Source: an uncultured Peptostreptococcaceae bacterium (lineage in GTDB: Bacteria; Bacillota; Clostridia; Peptostreptococcales; BM714). From it: a stretch of 64,000 nucleotides of DNA. The translations under genes and the position numbers were made by a program. Shown here piece after piece: positions 27,355-37,191 of this stretch (position 1 is the first letter of the stretch; each line of letters starts with the position of its first letter). Below the pieces are notes generated by a model, which was not told the DNA's origin, did no database searches, and worked only from the letters and a program-made list of their open reading frames with translations. Where the stretch lies: contig CAZXWC010000002.1 in assembly GCA_964644525.1 (NCBI GenBank), forward strand, positions 41 to 64,040. The letters run 5' to 3'.

Positions 27355-28881
27355 ATGAAACCATTGTATTTGAACAAACAAATTAAACAGCTGAAAGAAT
27401 GGACTGATGAAAGAATAGGGATAAGTCCGCTTTTACTTATGGAGCATGCAGGTATTAAGGTAGCTGAACAAATTGAAACTCTTTACCCTGGAGAGCCTGT
27501 TACATTGATATGCGGTCCGGGAAACAACGGAGGTGACGGATTTGTAATAGCGAGGATTCTGTTTCTTATGGGAAGGGATGTGATTGCCCTGGTATTGCCG
27601 CATGAGACCAGTATTAAGGGGGAAGCCGGGGCCAATTTCGAAATACTTAAAAATCTGGACCTACCAATAATTCATTTGAATCCATCGCAACCACTGGAGC
27701 CGGAATGGATGAAAGGCAGGCTTATTGTCGATTGCATTTTCGGAACGGGGATTTCAAGACCTCTGACAGGCACATATAAACTTGTTGTAGAGTGCATGAA
27801 CTCAAGTGGACGGCCAATAGTTTCAGTGGACATTCCATCGGGGATAAATGGAGATACGGGAGAAGTCATGGGAGATTCGGTTACTGCTGAAACGACAATG
27901 GCTCTTGGAACATATAAAGTGGGACATTTCCAAAAGGAAGGTTTCATAAAACGGGGGAATCTTGTTCTTTCACATATCGGGATTCCTGAAAAGGTCCACG
28001 AGGGTTTTGAGACATACGCATGGCTCTTCGAGGATTCGGACGTTGAAATGATATTGGAGAAAAAGAATGAAGCAGGACACAAGTACAATAGTGGAAAGGT
28101 TTTGTTTTTATCGGGGTCGAGAGACATGGCAGGGGCAGCTCTTTTCAATGCGATGGGAGCATTGAGGAGTGGTGCCGGATTGGTCAAAATGATTGTTGAG
28201 GAGCCTGTATGGGAAGCGATAGCTTGTAAAGTCCCTGAGGCGGTTGCTTTGACTTATAAAAGTGAAGCGGTCAAAAATGGAGATTTGACCGAAAATATGA
28301 TTTCAACAATGGAAAGTTTCGATATTATTGTTGCCGGTTCGGGCTGCGGAAAAACGCAATTGCTTAGGGAATATATTGTAAAAGCCATTGGAATGGAAAA
28401 CAAAATTGTTGTTTTGGATGCTGATGCATTAAATGTTTTATCCGAAGAAGTAAATCTCATCGATAAAAAAGGGCCTGGAAGCAAGGTCGTAATAACCCCC
28501 CACCTTGGAGAATTTAAAAAATTGACGGCTGCCGGTAAAAACGATGATCTTGTGGAGTCGGCCAAAGCTTTTTCCAAAGAGCATGATGTGTTCACGGTTC
28601 TTAAGGGTCCGGTGACCATTGTTGCAGAGCCTGGCGGAGAAATCTTTATTTGTGCCGGAGGGCACAGGGCAATGGCTACAGCGGGAAGCGGCGATGTTCT
28701 TACAGGAGTTGTCGCGAGTGTACTGGCCCAGGTTCCGCGAATTGAGGCGGGAATACTGGAGGCTGTGGATATTCATCAAAAGGCGGGATGCCTGGCTGCT
28801 GAAAGAGTACATGAACGTTCAGTATTGGCTTCGGACATAGCTGAGTCCCTGTCCGCGGCTTTATGGAAAATAAAAAAATAA
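27355..28881 (+). CDS. nnr: Bifunctional NAD(P)H-hydrate repair enzyme (epimerase/ADP-dependent dehydratase)
   Basis: YjeF-N 'CGPGNNGGDGF' and C-terminal kinase-like 'ATAGSGDVLTG'. ATG 27355 follows AAGGAGA. Confidence 0.85.
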   Translation: MKPLYLNKQIKQLKEWTDERIGISPLLLMEHAGIKVAEQIETLYPGEPVTLICGPGNNGGDGFVIARILFLMGRDVIALVLPHETSIKGEAGANFEILKNLDLPIIHLNPSQPLEPEWMKGRLIVDCIFGTGISRPLTGTYKLVVECMNSSGRPIVSVDIPSGINGDTGEVMGDSVTAETTMALGTYKVGHFQKEGFIKRGNLVLSHIGIPEKVHEGFETYAWLFEDSDVEMILEKKNEAGHKYNSGKVLFLSGSRDMAGAALFNAMGALRSGAGLVKMIVEEPVWEAIACKVPEAVALTYKSEAVKNGDLTENMISTMESFDIIVAGSGCGKTQLLREYIVKAIGMENKIVVLDADALNVLSEEVNLIDKKGPGSKVVITPHLGEFKKLTAAGKNDDLVESAKAFSKEHDVFTVLKGPVTIVAEPGGEIFICAGGHRAMATAGSGDVLTGVVASVLAQVPRIEAGILEAVDIHQKAGCLAAERVHERSVLASDIAESLSAALWKIKK

Positions 28882-28895
28882 AGAGGGGGAGAAAA

Positions 28896-30065
28896 ATGAA
28901 AAAAAGAGCTAGACCGGCATGGTCGGAAATCAATTTGGACGCATTTGTAGAGAATTTCAAAAAAATAAAAGCAATGGTAAGACCGGGAACAATGGTAACC
29001 GGAGTAATAAAGGCCGATGCTTATGGGCATGGAGCAATTGAAATAGGGAAGGTGCTTCAGGAAGAGGGAGTTGACCGATTTGCAGTGGCTACGTTTTCCG
29101 AAGCCTTGCAGTTGAGAAAGGTGTTCAAAAAAATCCCGATATTGATTTTAGGCTATACGCCAACATATGCCGCTGATGAAGTGATAGAAAACAATATAAT
29201 TCAAACCATGTATAATGTCGACGAAGCTGGAATTTTTTCGGATCGTGCCGTAAAATTGGAAAAAAAATTGAAGTTGCACATAAAAATAGATACAGGAATG
29301 AGCCGTTTGGGTTTTCAAGCAAACGCGGATTCTGTAGAAAAGATAATTCAAATAAGCAAAATGCCCAATATTGAGATTGAAGGAATGTTTACACACTTTG
29401 CGGTTGCCGATGAAGCAGACAAAGAATATACATACAATCAATACGAAAAATATAAATTCATGGTGGATTCATTAAAAGCTCAAGGACTCGAAATACCAGT
29501 CAAGCATGTTTCAAACAGTGCGGCAATAATGGATCTTCCAGAGATGAATATGGACATGGTAAGGGCGGGGATAATACTGTATGGACTTTATCCTTCCGAC
29601 GATGTCATAAAGGAAAGGATTGACCTCAAACAGGTCATGTCGCTTAAGGCGGAAGTTTCACATGTGAAAGAACTTGAAGCTGGGACAGGAGTAAGTTATG
29701 GCTTGAAATATGTAACTCCCGGAAAGCGTAAAATTGCAACTGTTCCGATTGGATATGCTGATGGATACACAAGAATGCTTTCAGGTAAGGCGGAAGTACT
29801 GGTCAAGGGAGTGAAAGTGCCTGTTGTGGGAAGGATATGTATGGACCAATGCCTGATTGACGTTACCGGAATAGATGTTAAAATTGGTGATGAAGTTATT
29901 TTGTTTGGAAGCGATGGGACAAACACAATATCAATTGATGAATTGGCTTTAAAATTGGGAACCATCAATTATGAAATAACCTGCATGATAAGCAAAAGGA
30001 TACCCAGAGAATATACAAGAGGCGGCAATAAGGTGAAGACGGTGGATTATCTGGCAAGCTTGTAA
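28896..30065 (+). CDS. alr: Alanine racemase
   Basis: 'VIKADAYGHGA' PLP-lysine motif and 'ICMDQCLIDV'. ATG follows GAGGGGGAG. Confidence 0.9.
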   Translation: MKKRARPAWSEINLDAFVENFKKIKAMVRPGTMVTGVIKADAYGHGAIEIGKVLQEEGVDRFAVATFSEALQLRKVFKKIPILILGYTPTYAADEVIENNIIQTMYNVDEAGIFSDRAVKLEKKLKLHIKIDTGMSRLGFQANADSVEKIIQISKMPNIEIEGMFTHFAVADEADKEYTYNQYEKYKFMVDSLKAQGLEIPVKHVSNSAAIMDLPEMNMDMVRAGIILYGLYPSDDVIKERIDLKQVMSLKAEVSHVKELEAGTGVSYGLKYVTPGKRKIATVPIGYADGYTRMLSGKAEVLVKGVKVPVVGRICMDQCLIDVTGIDVKIGDEVILFGSDGTNTISIDELALKLGTINYEITCMISKRIPREYTRGGNKVKTVDYLASL

Positions 30066-30074
30066 TGATAAAAT

Positions 30075-30110
30075 AAGCGGAGAAGATATGGGATAATCTC
30101 TCCGCTTTTT
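30075..30110 (+). terminator. Rho-independent terminator after alr
   Basis: AAGCGGAGA...TCTCCGCTT stem followed by TTT. Confidence 0.6.
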
Positions 30111-30115
30111 GAAGT

Positions 30116-30144
30116 TTGATTAAATTGTCTTCAAGATATATAAT
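30116..30144 (+). promoter_or_regulatory. SigA-type promoter of mazEF (TTGATT-17 nt-TATAAT)
   Basis: -35 at 30116-30121, 17-nt spacer, consensus -10 at 30139-30144. Confidence 0.55.
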
Positions 30145-30175
30145 ATATAGGAATACGATTACGAGGAGCGGCATT

Positions 30176-30343
30176 ATGCAGCCAAATGAAAACATATATG
30201 AGCAATTTTCTTCTATTGTTGAGGGATACAAGCACATGAACAAAATAAATTCAAAAATATCGGAACACGGCCTTGAAGCTGACGTCAAGGGATTGTTCAA
30301 CTACGAGATGGATTTGGCGCTGGAGAGTGATGTTGAAATATGA
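30176..30343 (+). CDS. mazE: Short MazE/EndoAI-type antitoxin (55 aa)
   Basis: ATG 7 nt after GAGGAG. '[22 protein letters not shown]' resembles the toxin-binding C-terminal part of B. subtilis EndoAI and S. aureus MazE (from memory). Overlaps mazF by 4 nt. Confidence 0.6.
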   Translation: MQPNENIYEQFSSIVEGYKHMNKINSKISEHGLEADVKGLFNYEMDLALESDVEI

Positions 30344-30699
30344 ATATAAAGCGCGGTGAAATTTATTATGCAGACTTAAATCCTGTTGTGGGTTCAGAGC
30401 AGGGCGGAGTAAGACCTGTCCTTGTAGTCCAAAACGATATAGGAAACAGGTACAGTTCTACGGTAATAGTTGCGGCCATAACATCCAGGATAAACAAGGC
30501 CAAACTGCCAACTCACATAGAGATACCCTCTGCAACCTATGGCTTGAACAAAAAGTCGGTAGTGCTTTTGGAGCAGATTAGGACAATTGACAGAAAAAGA
30601 ATTATGGAAAGAATAGGCATGTTCAGCGTTGAAATGATGGAAAAGGTAGACAAAAGCATTTCAATAAGCCTTGGTATCGGGGACAAGTTGAATGATTGA
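30340..30699 (+). CDS. mazF: MazF/PemK/EndoA family mRNA interferase toxin
   Basis: '[37 protein letters not shown]'. Conserved alr-mazE-mazF synteny. Confidence 0.9.
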   Translation: MNIKRGEIYYADLNPVVGSEQGGVRPVLVVQNDIGNRYSSTVIVAAITSRINKAKLPTHIEIPSATYGLNKKSVVLLEQIRTIDRKRIMERIGMFSVEMMEKVDKSISISLGIGDKLND

Positions 30700-30728
30700 G
30701 TGGAAATGATTACAATACATATGGATTG

Positions 30729-30752
30729 CCTCCGGAAAATTCGGAGGTTTTC
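30729..30752 (+). terminator. Terminator after mazF
   Basis: CCTCCG-gaaaatt-CGGAGG followed by TTTTCT. Confidence 0.5.
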
Positions 30753-30888
30753 TGAACTAAGAACAAAAATGTTAACCGGGTTTTGCGTATTCAAGAACTG
30801 CAATCGGTATATATAAATAATTTTTACAGTTTTTACATTTATGACAGAATGGAAAAGATGAAATGAAAAATGAATGGGAGGATTAACG

Positions 30889-31398
30889 ATGGGTAATAAA
30901 GGCAAAAGAAAATTTATGGTTCCGCTTATTTCCATTCTTGTTTTGCTTGCTATGAGCTTGAGTGTTTTGGCTGCAGCATATGAACCGGGATCGGAAAATG
31001 ATCCGGTAGTTACATTGTCCTATGTGGAAAGCCGTTTGTCGGAAATAGTATCGGATTTTCAGGAAAAGCTGGATTCAATTGAAACCGGTTCGGCAAATAC
31101 CACTTCACAGGAAGGAATGTCGAGCGATGAGGCGGGATTTGAGCCAATTTTGATGGAAGCCGGGAGCATAGTTTATTTTGGAGGCAATACGCAGGTCATA
31201 TTGAGAAGCGGTTCAATGAACGCAATAGCAAATGCTGCAGGGGACGGATTGGCGGATTTGACCCAAGGAAAAGACCTTAAGACAGGAAATCAGATACAAA
31301 AGAACCATTTGATTTTGGTTCCCAGAAATGACGGAAGAGGGGCGGCTGTATCAGAGGATTCTTGGATTATGGTTAAAGGGGAATACACTCTGCAATAA
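30889..31398 (+). CDS. Secreted hypothetical protein (signal peptide)
   Basis: ATG follows GGGAGGA. 'KRKFMVPLISILVLLAMSLSVLAAAYEP' is a signal-peptide-like N-terminus. No recognisable domain. Confidence 0.55.
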   Translation: MGNKGKRKFMVPLISILVLLAMSLSVLAAAYEPGSENDPVVTLSYVESRLSEIVSDFQEKLDSIETGSANTTSQEGMSSDEAGFEPILMEAGSIVYFGGNTQVILRSGSMNAIANAAGDGLADLTQGKDLKTGNQIQKNHLILVPRNDGRGAAVSEDSWIMVKGEYTLQ

Positions 31399-31465
31399 AA
31401 TGCTTTTATTTGAAGCTGTTAATGAATATCAGTAAATTTAATATCAACGAATGAAAGGGAAACAA

Positions 31466-32203
31466 ATGAGAAATATCATCGAAATATTTGGGATACCGAT
31501 TGACAATTTGAATATGGAAGAGGCCATGGACAGATTCAAGGAATTGTTGAAGAGAGATAGAATGTCCAGCATATATACACCCAACACGGAAATAATCATG
31601 TTGTCTGAAACAGATGAAAAATTAAAAGATGCATTGACCGATTCACAGTTGAATGTGCCTGACGGCTTCGGATTAGTGCTTGCATCCCGAATACATGGAA
31701 TGGGAATTAAGGGCAAGGTTGCTGGAATCGATATGATGGAGCAAATTCTCAAATATTTGAATCACACAAAAAAATCAATATATATACTTGGGGCAAAACC
31801 TGAAATTTTGGCCGGATCAATTACGAAGATTCAAAACGATTATCCATGCATAACGGTTAAGGACAGTCATCACGGATATTTCAACGAAGAGCAGGAGAAG
31901 CATATCATCAAAAAAATCAACGAACTGAAACCGGATGTGCTTTTTGTGGCTTTGGGAGCTCCCAAACAGGAAAAATGGATTTATGAAAATAAGCATCAAC
32001 TCAATGCAAAAGTGGCAATGGGGATTGGAGGTTCTCTTGATGTTATGTCTGGAGTGGCAAAAAGGGCTCCGAAAGTCATGGTTGACATGGGTCTTGAATG
32101 GCTGTACAGGTTGATCAAGGAGCCTTGGCGTTTCAATAGAATGCTCGTAATTCCAAAATTTTTATTAAAAGTTGTGCTGACAAGGGATATTTCAAAGGAG
32201 TAA
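31466..32203 (+). CDS. tagA: WecB/TagA/CpsF family glycosyltransferase
   Basis: 'FGIPIDNL', 'NVPDGFGLVLASR' and 'VALGAPKQEKWI'. An alternative ATG lies at 31451. Confidence 0.8.
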   Translation: MRNIIEIFGIPIDNLNMEEAMDRFKELLKRDRMSSIYTPNTEIIMLSETDEKLKDALTDSQLNVPDGFGLVLASRIHGMGIKGKVAGIDMMEQILKYLNHTKKSIYILGAKPEILAGSITKIQNDYPCITVKDSHHGYFNEEQEKHIIKKINELKPDVLFVALGAPKQEKWIYENKHQLNAKVAMGIGGSLDVMSGVAKRAPKVMVDMGLEWLYRLIKEPWRFNRMLVIPKFLLKVVLTRDISKE

Positions 32204-32282
32204 AAGCAGTTTAATTCCATACAGGCAATGACTTATGCTGCAGGCGCTTGTTTGCGAAAAAATAAGATTAGGAGGAAGAGTA

Positions 32283-33197
32283 ATGAGTGAATCGTATGTC
32301 TATTTTAATGGCAAAATCGTAAAAGAGGAGGATGCTTCAATAGGAATAAGGTCCAAGGCTTTCAACTATGGACTGGGATGCTTTGAAGGAATAAGGGCCT
32401 ATTGGGACGAAAAAGATGGCCAACTTTATGGTTTCAGGCTCCATGAACATTATGAACGGTTGCTTAATTCGTGTAAGACACTGAACATAAATATCGATTA
32501 TACAGTGCAGGATCTGGTAGACATAACCGTCGAATTGCTAAAGAAGAATAATTTTAAATCGTCAACTTATATCAGACCTGTTGCATACAAGGGTTCCAAT
32601 CAACTTTTCCCAACCTTAATGGACGATGACAACCGCCTTCTTATATATTGTCAGCCATTGGGGGATTTTGCAGGTAAAGAATCCTTCAAGGTTTGCATTT
32701 CATCTTGGAGAAGAATGACAGACAATATGATTCCCCCAAGGGTGAAACCGACGGGAGGATATATAAATTCGGCATTGGCGTCTTTGGAAGCTTTGCAAAA
32801 CGGTTACGATGAAGCGATTCTGTTGACTGATTCGGGAAATATTTGCGAAGGACCAGGCGAGAATCTTTTTATTGTAAAGAAAGGCAAGTTGATTACTCCT
32901 CCTCCTTCGGACAATATATTGGAGGGGATAACAAGGGATACGGTAATGCTATTGGCAAAAGAGGAATTTGGAATTGAAGTTGAACAGAGAAGTTTTTCCA
33001 GGGTGGAGCTTTATACCGCGGACGAGGCTTTCTTCAGCGGGACGGCAATGGAGGTTACACCTGTAGTCGAAGTTGACAATAGGCTAATAGGAAATGGTGA
33101 GCCAGGCCAAGTGTGCAGGAAGATAAAGGGTAAATTTTTTGATATTACTTGCGGTAAAATCGAAAAATATAAGAAATTTTGTACGCCGGTTTATTAG
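32283..33197 (+). CDS. ilvE: Branched-chain amino acid aminotransferase (class IV)
   Basis: 'GLGCFEGIRAY' and 'ILEGITRDTV'. ATG follows AGGAGGAAGAG. Confidence 0.85.
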   Translation: MSESYVYFNGKIVKEEDASIGIRSKAFNYGLGCFEGIRAYWDEKDGQLYGFRLHEHYERLLNSCKTLNINIDYTVQDLVDITVELLKKNNFKSSTYIRPVAYKGSNQLFPTLMDDDNRLLIYCQPLGDFAGKESFKVCISSWRRMTDNMIPPRVKPTGGYINSALASLEALQNGYDEAILLTDSGNICEGPGENLFIVKKGKLITPPPSDNILEGITRDTVMLLAKEEFGIEVEQRSFSRVELYTADEAFFSGTAMEVTPVVEVDNRLIGNGEPGQVCRKIKGKFFDITCGKIEKYKKFCTPVY

Positions 33198-33205
33198 AAT
33201 GCTGT

Positions 33206-33245
33206 AAAAAATCGATTCGGGATTTGATTCCGAATCGATTTTTTC
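33206..33245 (+). terminator. Rho-independent terminator after ilvE
   Basis: AAAATCGATTCGG-GATTTGATT-CCGAATCGATTTT, a perfect 13-bp stem with a T-run. Confidence 0.7.
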
Positions 33246-33305
33246 CTGTTTTTGGATTATAAATCAAGGGTATAAGACAAATGCATAAAAATTATTTTAA
33301 GGGGA

Positions 33306-35717
33306 GTGAATCTATTGAATAAATACGAATTGTCGCCGGGCCAATTGAAATTCGATATAAAACATGACGTTTACGACTTTGAAACTACAGCGGAGCTTAT
33401 GCCTCTCAAAGGGATAATAGGACAAGAGAGGGCATCAAAATCACTGGATTTCGGACTTTCAATAGGGAAACCGGGATACAATATTTATGTTTCGGGACAA
33501 AGCGGAACTGGAAGAAGCAGTTACGTGCGCCTCCTTGCTGAAAAAAAAGCCAAAGAAGATTCTGTTCCCAATGATTGGGCATATGTTTATAATTTTAAAA
33601 ATCCCAATATTCCGATTGCATTGAGCATGAAACCGGGGCGGGGAAAAGTTCTTGTTGACGAAATGAAGCAGACAATTGAGATAATTCGAAAAGAGATGGA
33701 AGGAGCTTTTTCAAACAAATCCTATGAAGACAAGAAAAATCGTATAATACTTGAATTTCAAAATAAATCGAAAGAAATGCTAAAAAAACTGAATGATATT
33801 TCACAGAAATACGATTTTGTTTTTAGTCAGACTGAACACGGTTTAATCAGCATGCCTTTGAAAGAGGGAAGACCCATGACGGAAGAAGAGTACAAAAACC
33901 TGAATGAAAAAGAAGCGGAAGCTTTACGGGGAAAATCGAATGAATTGAACTTGGAGACTGTTGATATTTTCAATGCCATGAACGGCAATGAAGAAAACTT
34001 AAAGAACAGACTTAGGGAATTGGACAAAGAGACAGGGAAAAAAGTTGTTGTTTTCCATATGACAAACCTAATAAGGATATTTGAAGAAAACGAAGGTGTC
34101 TCATGCCATCTTGAAAAAGTCGTAAAGGATATTGTTGAAAATATTGAAAATTTTAAAAAGAACGATAAATCTGAAAAGGCCAATCCATTTGCCATGATGC
34201 ATATGCGATCGATTGAAGCATTCTTTGAAAGGTACAGGATTAATCTTTTTGTAGACAATAGCGAAATTGAGCATGCACCAGTAATAGAAGAATCAAATCC
34301 ATCTTACTATAATCTTATGGGAAGCGTGGAATATAAAAATGAAATGGGTGTTATGAAAACGGATTTCATGCAAATAAAACCGGGGGCAATACACCAGGCA
34401 AATGGAGGATACTTGATATTAAAGGCTAAGGATTTGATCCTTTCCCCACATTCGTGGGTTGCACTTAAGAGGGCATTGAGCACAAAAAAAGCGGTTATTG
34501 AAAGTTTGGGCAAGGAATTGGGATTTGTAGCGACTACTTCCATAAAACCCAAATGCATACCGGTTGACCTTAAAGTAATACTTATAGGGGATCCCTATAC
34601 ATATTACCTGTTGTATGCTTATGATGAGGAATTCAACAAGCTTTTCAAGGTGATGGCCGATTTTGACATCGAAATGGCCAGAGACAATGACAATATGTTA
34701 AAGATGGCGCGATTCATAGCAACCCATACAGAAAAGGAAAACCTCAGGCATTTTGACAGAAGAGCAGTGAAAAGAGTTGTTGAGTACAGCTGTAGACTTG
34801 CCGACAATCAGAAAAAATTAAGTTCCAGATTCAACAAAATAGTTGAAATACTTTATGAAGCCGACAGTTGGGCTGAAGTTGCTGGAGTCGAAGTGGTTGG
34901 AATAGCCCACATAAAAAAAGCTATAAAGGAGAAAGATTACAGAAGCAACAAATATGAAGAAAAAGTAATGGAAATGTTTGAGGAAGGTATATATCTTTTA
35001 GATGTTGAAGGTGAAAAAATTGGAGAGATAAACGGGCTGGCAATCGTAGGAATGGGTGATTACAGTTTTGGCAAACCCAACAAGATAACAGTTGCGACTT
35101 ACAAAGGTAAGTCGGGGATAATCAGCATAGACAGGGAAGTTCGTGCTACAGGAAAAATCCACGACAAGGGAGTCCTGATTCTCAATGGTTATATTGGCCA
35201 CAAGTATGCCCAGGAGAAACGTTTAAGCCTATCGGCAAGCATTGTTTTCGAACAGCTTTATTCGGGACTTGAAGGGGACTCCGCTTCAAGCACCGAACTT
35301 TATGCACTTTTGTCGAGTCTTGCGCAAATTCCAATAAAGCAATGCATAGCTGTAACAGGATCGGTCAATCAGAGAGGCGAAATTCAACCCATAGGAGGAG
35401 TTAATGAAAAAATTGAAGGCTTTTATAAGGTTTGCAAAATGAAGGGGCTGACAGGTGAACAGGGAGTCATGATTCCACATCAAAATGTATCGAACCTGAT
35501 GCTTATGGATGAGCTTGTGCAAGCGGTTGAAAAGGGGCTCTTCCATATATACAGCGTAGAGACAATAGACCAGGGGATGGAGATACTTACTGGCGTTCAG
35601 GCGGGAGAAGCTGATGAAAAAGGTGCATATCCGGAAGGGACCATTCATAATCTGGTGCATAAAAGATTTGTAGAGCTTGCATCAGGGGAGAAAGATGACG
35701 ATAAAAAAGAAGCTTGA
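33306..35717 (+). CDS. Lon-like ATP-dependent protease (AAA-like N-domain plus S16 Lon C-terminal protease)
   Basis: 'IIGQERA...VSGQSGTGRSS' P-loop-like segment. Protease Ser 'EGDSASSTE' and Lys 'GGVNEKIEGF'. Start is GTG 33306 or in-frame TTG 33315. Confidence 0.8.
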   Translation: MNLLNKYELSPGQLKFDIKHDVYDFETTAELMPLKGIIGQERASKSLDFGLSIGKPGYNIYVSGQSGTGRSSYVRLLAEKKAKEDSVPNDWAYVYNFKNPNIPIALSMKPGRGKVLVDEMKQTIEIIRKEMEGAFSNKSYEDKKNRIILEFQNKSKEMLKKLNDISQKYDFVFSQTEHGLISMPLKEGRPMTEEEYKNLNEKEAEALRGKSNELNLETVDIFNAMNGNEENLKNRLRELDKETGKKVVVFHMTNLIRIFEENEGVSCHLEKVVKDIVENIENFKKNDKSEKANPFAMMHMRSIEAFFERYRINLFVDNSEIEHAPVIEESNPSYYNLMGSVEYKNEMGVMKTDFMQIKPGAIHQANGGYLILKAKDLILSPHSWVALKRALSTKKAVIESLGKELGFVATTSIKPKCIPVDLKVILIGDPYTYYLLYAYDEEFNKLFKVMADFDIEMARDNDNMLKMARFIATHTEKENLRHFDRRAVKRVVEYSCRLADNQKKLSSRFNKIVEILYEADSWAEVAGVEVVGIAHIKKAIKEKDYRSNKYEEKVMEMFEEGIYLLDVEGEKIGEINGLAIVGMGDYSFGKPNKITVATYKGKSGIISIDREVRATGKIHDKGVLILNGYIGHKYAQEKRLSLSASIVFEQLYSGLEGDSASSTELYALLSSLAQIPIKQCIAVTGSVNQRGEIQPIGGVNEKIEGFYKVCKMKGLTGEQGVMIPHQNVSNLMLMDELVQAVEKGLFHIYSVETIDQGMEILTGVQAGEADEKGAYPEGTIHNLVHKRFVELASGEKDDDKKEA

Positions 35718-35753
35718 GAAAATATAAAAGAAGACTGATTTTTTCCATAATGG

Positions 35754-35806
35754 AAAAGCACTGCACTTTAAGGTATTTAACCCTTAAGCAGCAGTGCTTT
35801 TGTTTT
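35754..35806. terminator. Bidirectional terminator hairpin between convergent genes
   Basis: AAAAGCACTGC / GCAGTGCTTTT outer stem with inner TTAAGG/CCTTAA pairing. T-runs on both strands. Includes the last codons of the minus-strand gene. Confidence 0.6.
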
Positions 35807-36361
35807 TATCATTCTTTTTTCAGACAAAACTATATCGACAGGAATATCATGTTTTTCGGGCTTGATTGAAGATACAATCTGGAAATCAAAACAAAGTCCC
35901 AAGGACAATGCGTCTTTTTTGATTTTTGGAAGAAATTTGTCGTAATATCCTCCTCCGTACCCTAGCCGGTAGCCTTTCAGATTAAAACATGCCCCCGGAA
36001 CTAATACAAGGTCGATATCTTCAGGGGACGCTTCCTGAAAAGAGGAAGGCTCAGGTTCGGGTATTCCGTAGGTTCCCGAAACAAGATCGCCAATATTGTT
36101 AACATAGGACAGTTTGAGGGATTTGCTCTTGATGTCCGTAACAGGAACCACAAGACGTTTACCGCTGTCGAGTATGTTTTTAATTACTATGCTTGTATCT
36201 ATTTCACTTCTGAAACTGACAAAGCACATAATTGTTTTTGACGATTGGTAAGGGGAAAGGGTCATGAGGCTTCTACAGATTGTACCGCTTAGACGTTTGT
36301 TTTCTGCTGCGCTCATCTTGTCTCTTTTTGATAAAATGGTTTTTCGTAAATCTTTTTTCAT
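35777..36361 (-). CDS. 5-formyltetrahydrofolate cyclo-ligase
   Basis: 'KKDLRKTILSKRDKMS' and 'LVPGACFNLKGYRLGYGGGYYD', typical of MTHFS. Confidence 0.8.
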   Translation of the reverse strand: MKKDLRKTILSKRDKMSAAENKRLSGTICRSLMTLSPYQSSKTIMCFVSFRSEIDTSIVIKNILDSGKRLVVPVTDIKSKSLKLSYVNNIGDLVSGTYGIPEPEPSSFQEASPEDIDLVLVPGACFNLKGYRLGYGGGYYDKFLPKIKKDALSLGLCFDFQIVSSIKPEKHDIPVDIVLSEKRMIKTKALLLKG

Positions 36362-36504
36362 CAGATCACCTTCTACAAATTAAATTTAAGTTACATTAAA
36401 GCTTATTGGATATCAATCTCGCATGATAATTATATAATATATATGTGGTCTTGTGTCAATTTATCGCTTATACATATATAAAAAAACAGGTGGGAGTAGA
36501 ATTT

Positions 36505-37191
36505 ATGATAAAATTAATAAATCTAAACAAAACCTACAACAATGGGGTAAAAGCATTGGCGAATATTAGTTTGCATATCGAAAAAGGTGAATTCGTATTC
36601 ATAGTCGGTCCCAGCGGGGCAGGAAAATCAACATTCGTGAAGGTTTTGCTACTTGAGGAAGAACCTACGGACGGAAAGATTATAATAGCTAACCAAAACA
36701 TAACAAATTTGCATAGGAGGCAAGTGCCTTATCTGAGAAGAAAAATGGGAGTTGTTTTTCAGGATTTCAGGCTTTTGCCCAACAAGACAGTTTATGAAAA
36801 TGTTGGCTTTTCAATGGAGATTGTAGGAGCTACACCTAGGGAAATTCGCAGGAGAGTTCCTACGGTACTTTCTATGGTGGGGCTGAGTAAAAGAGCAAAC
36901 ATGTATCCGGATGAATTGTCTGGTGGGGAGATGCAGAGGGTATCTGTTGCGAGGGCTGTAATCAACAATCCACCCATACTGATAGCCGATGAGCCAACAG
37001 GAAATTTGGATCCAGAGAACTCATGGGAAATAATGAAGATTTTAAATTACATAAATCGGAGAGGAACCACAGTGATTATGGCAACGCATGCAAATGACAT
37101 AGTTGACACTATGAAAAAACGTGTAATAGCCCTGGAAAACGGCGAAATTGCAAGAGACGAGATTCGGGGGTGTTATGGCTATGAAGATTAG
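36505..37191 (+). CDS. ftsE: Cell division ATP-binding protein FtsE
   Basis: 'GPSGAGKST', 'LSGGEMQRV' and 'LIADEPTGNLD'. Followed by ftsX. Confidence 0.9.
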   Translation: MIKLINLNKTYNNGVKALANISLHIEKGEFVFIVGPSGAGKSTFVKVLLLEEEPTDGKIIIANQNITNLHRRQVPYLRRKMGVVFQDFRLLPNKTVYENVGFSMEIVGATPREIRRRVPTVLSMVGLSKRANMYPDELSGGEMQRVSVARAVINNPPILIADEPTGNLDPENSWEIMKILNYINRRGTTVIMATHANDIVDTMKKRVIALENGEIARDEIRGCYGYED

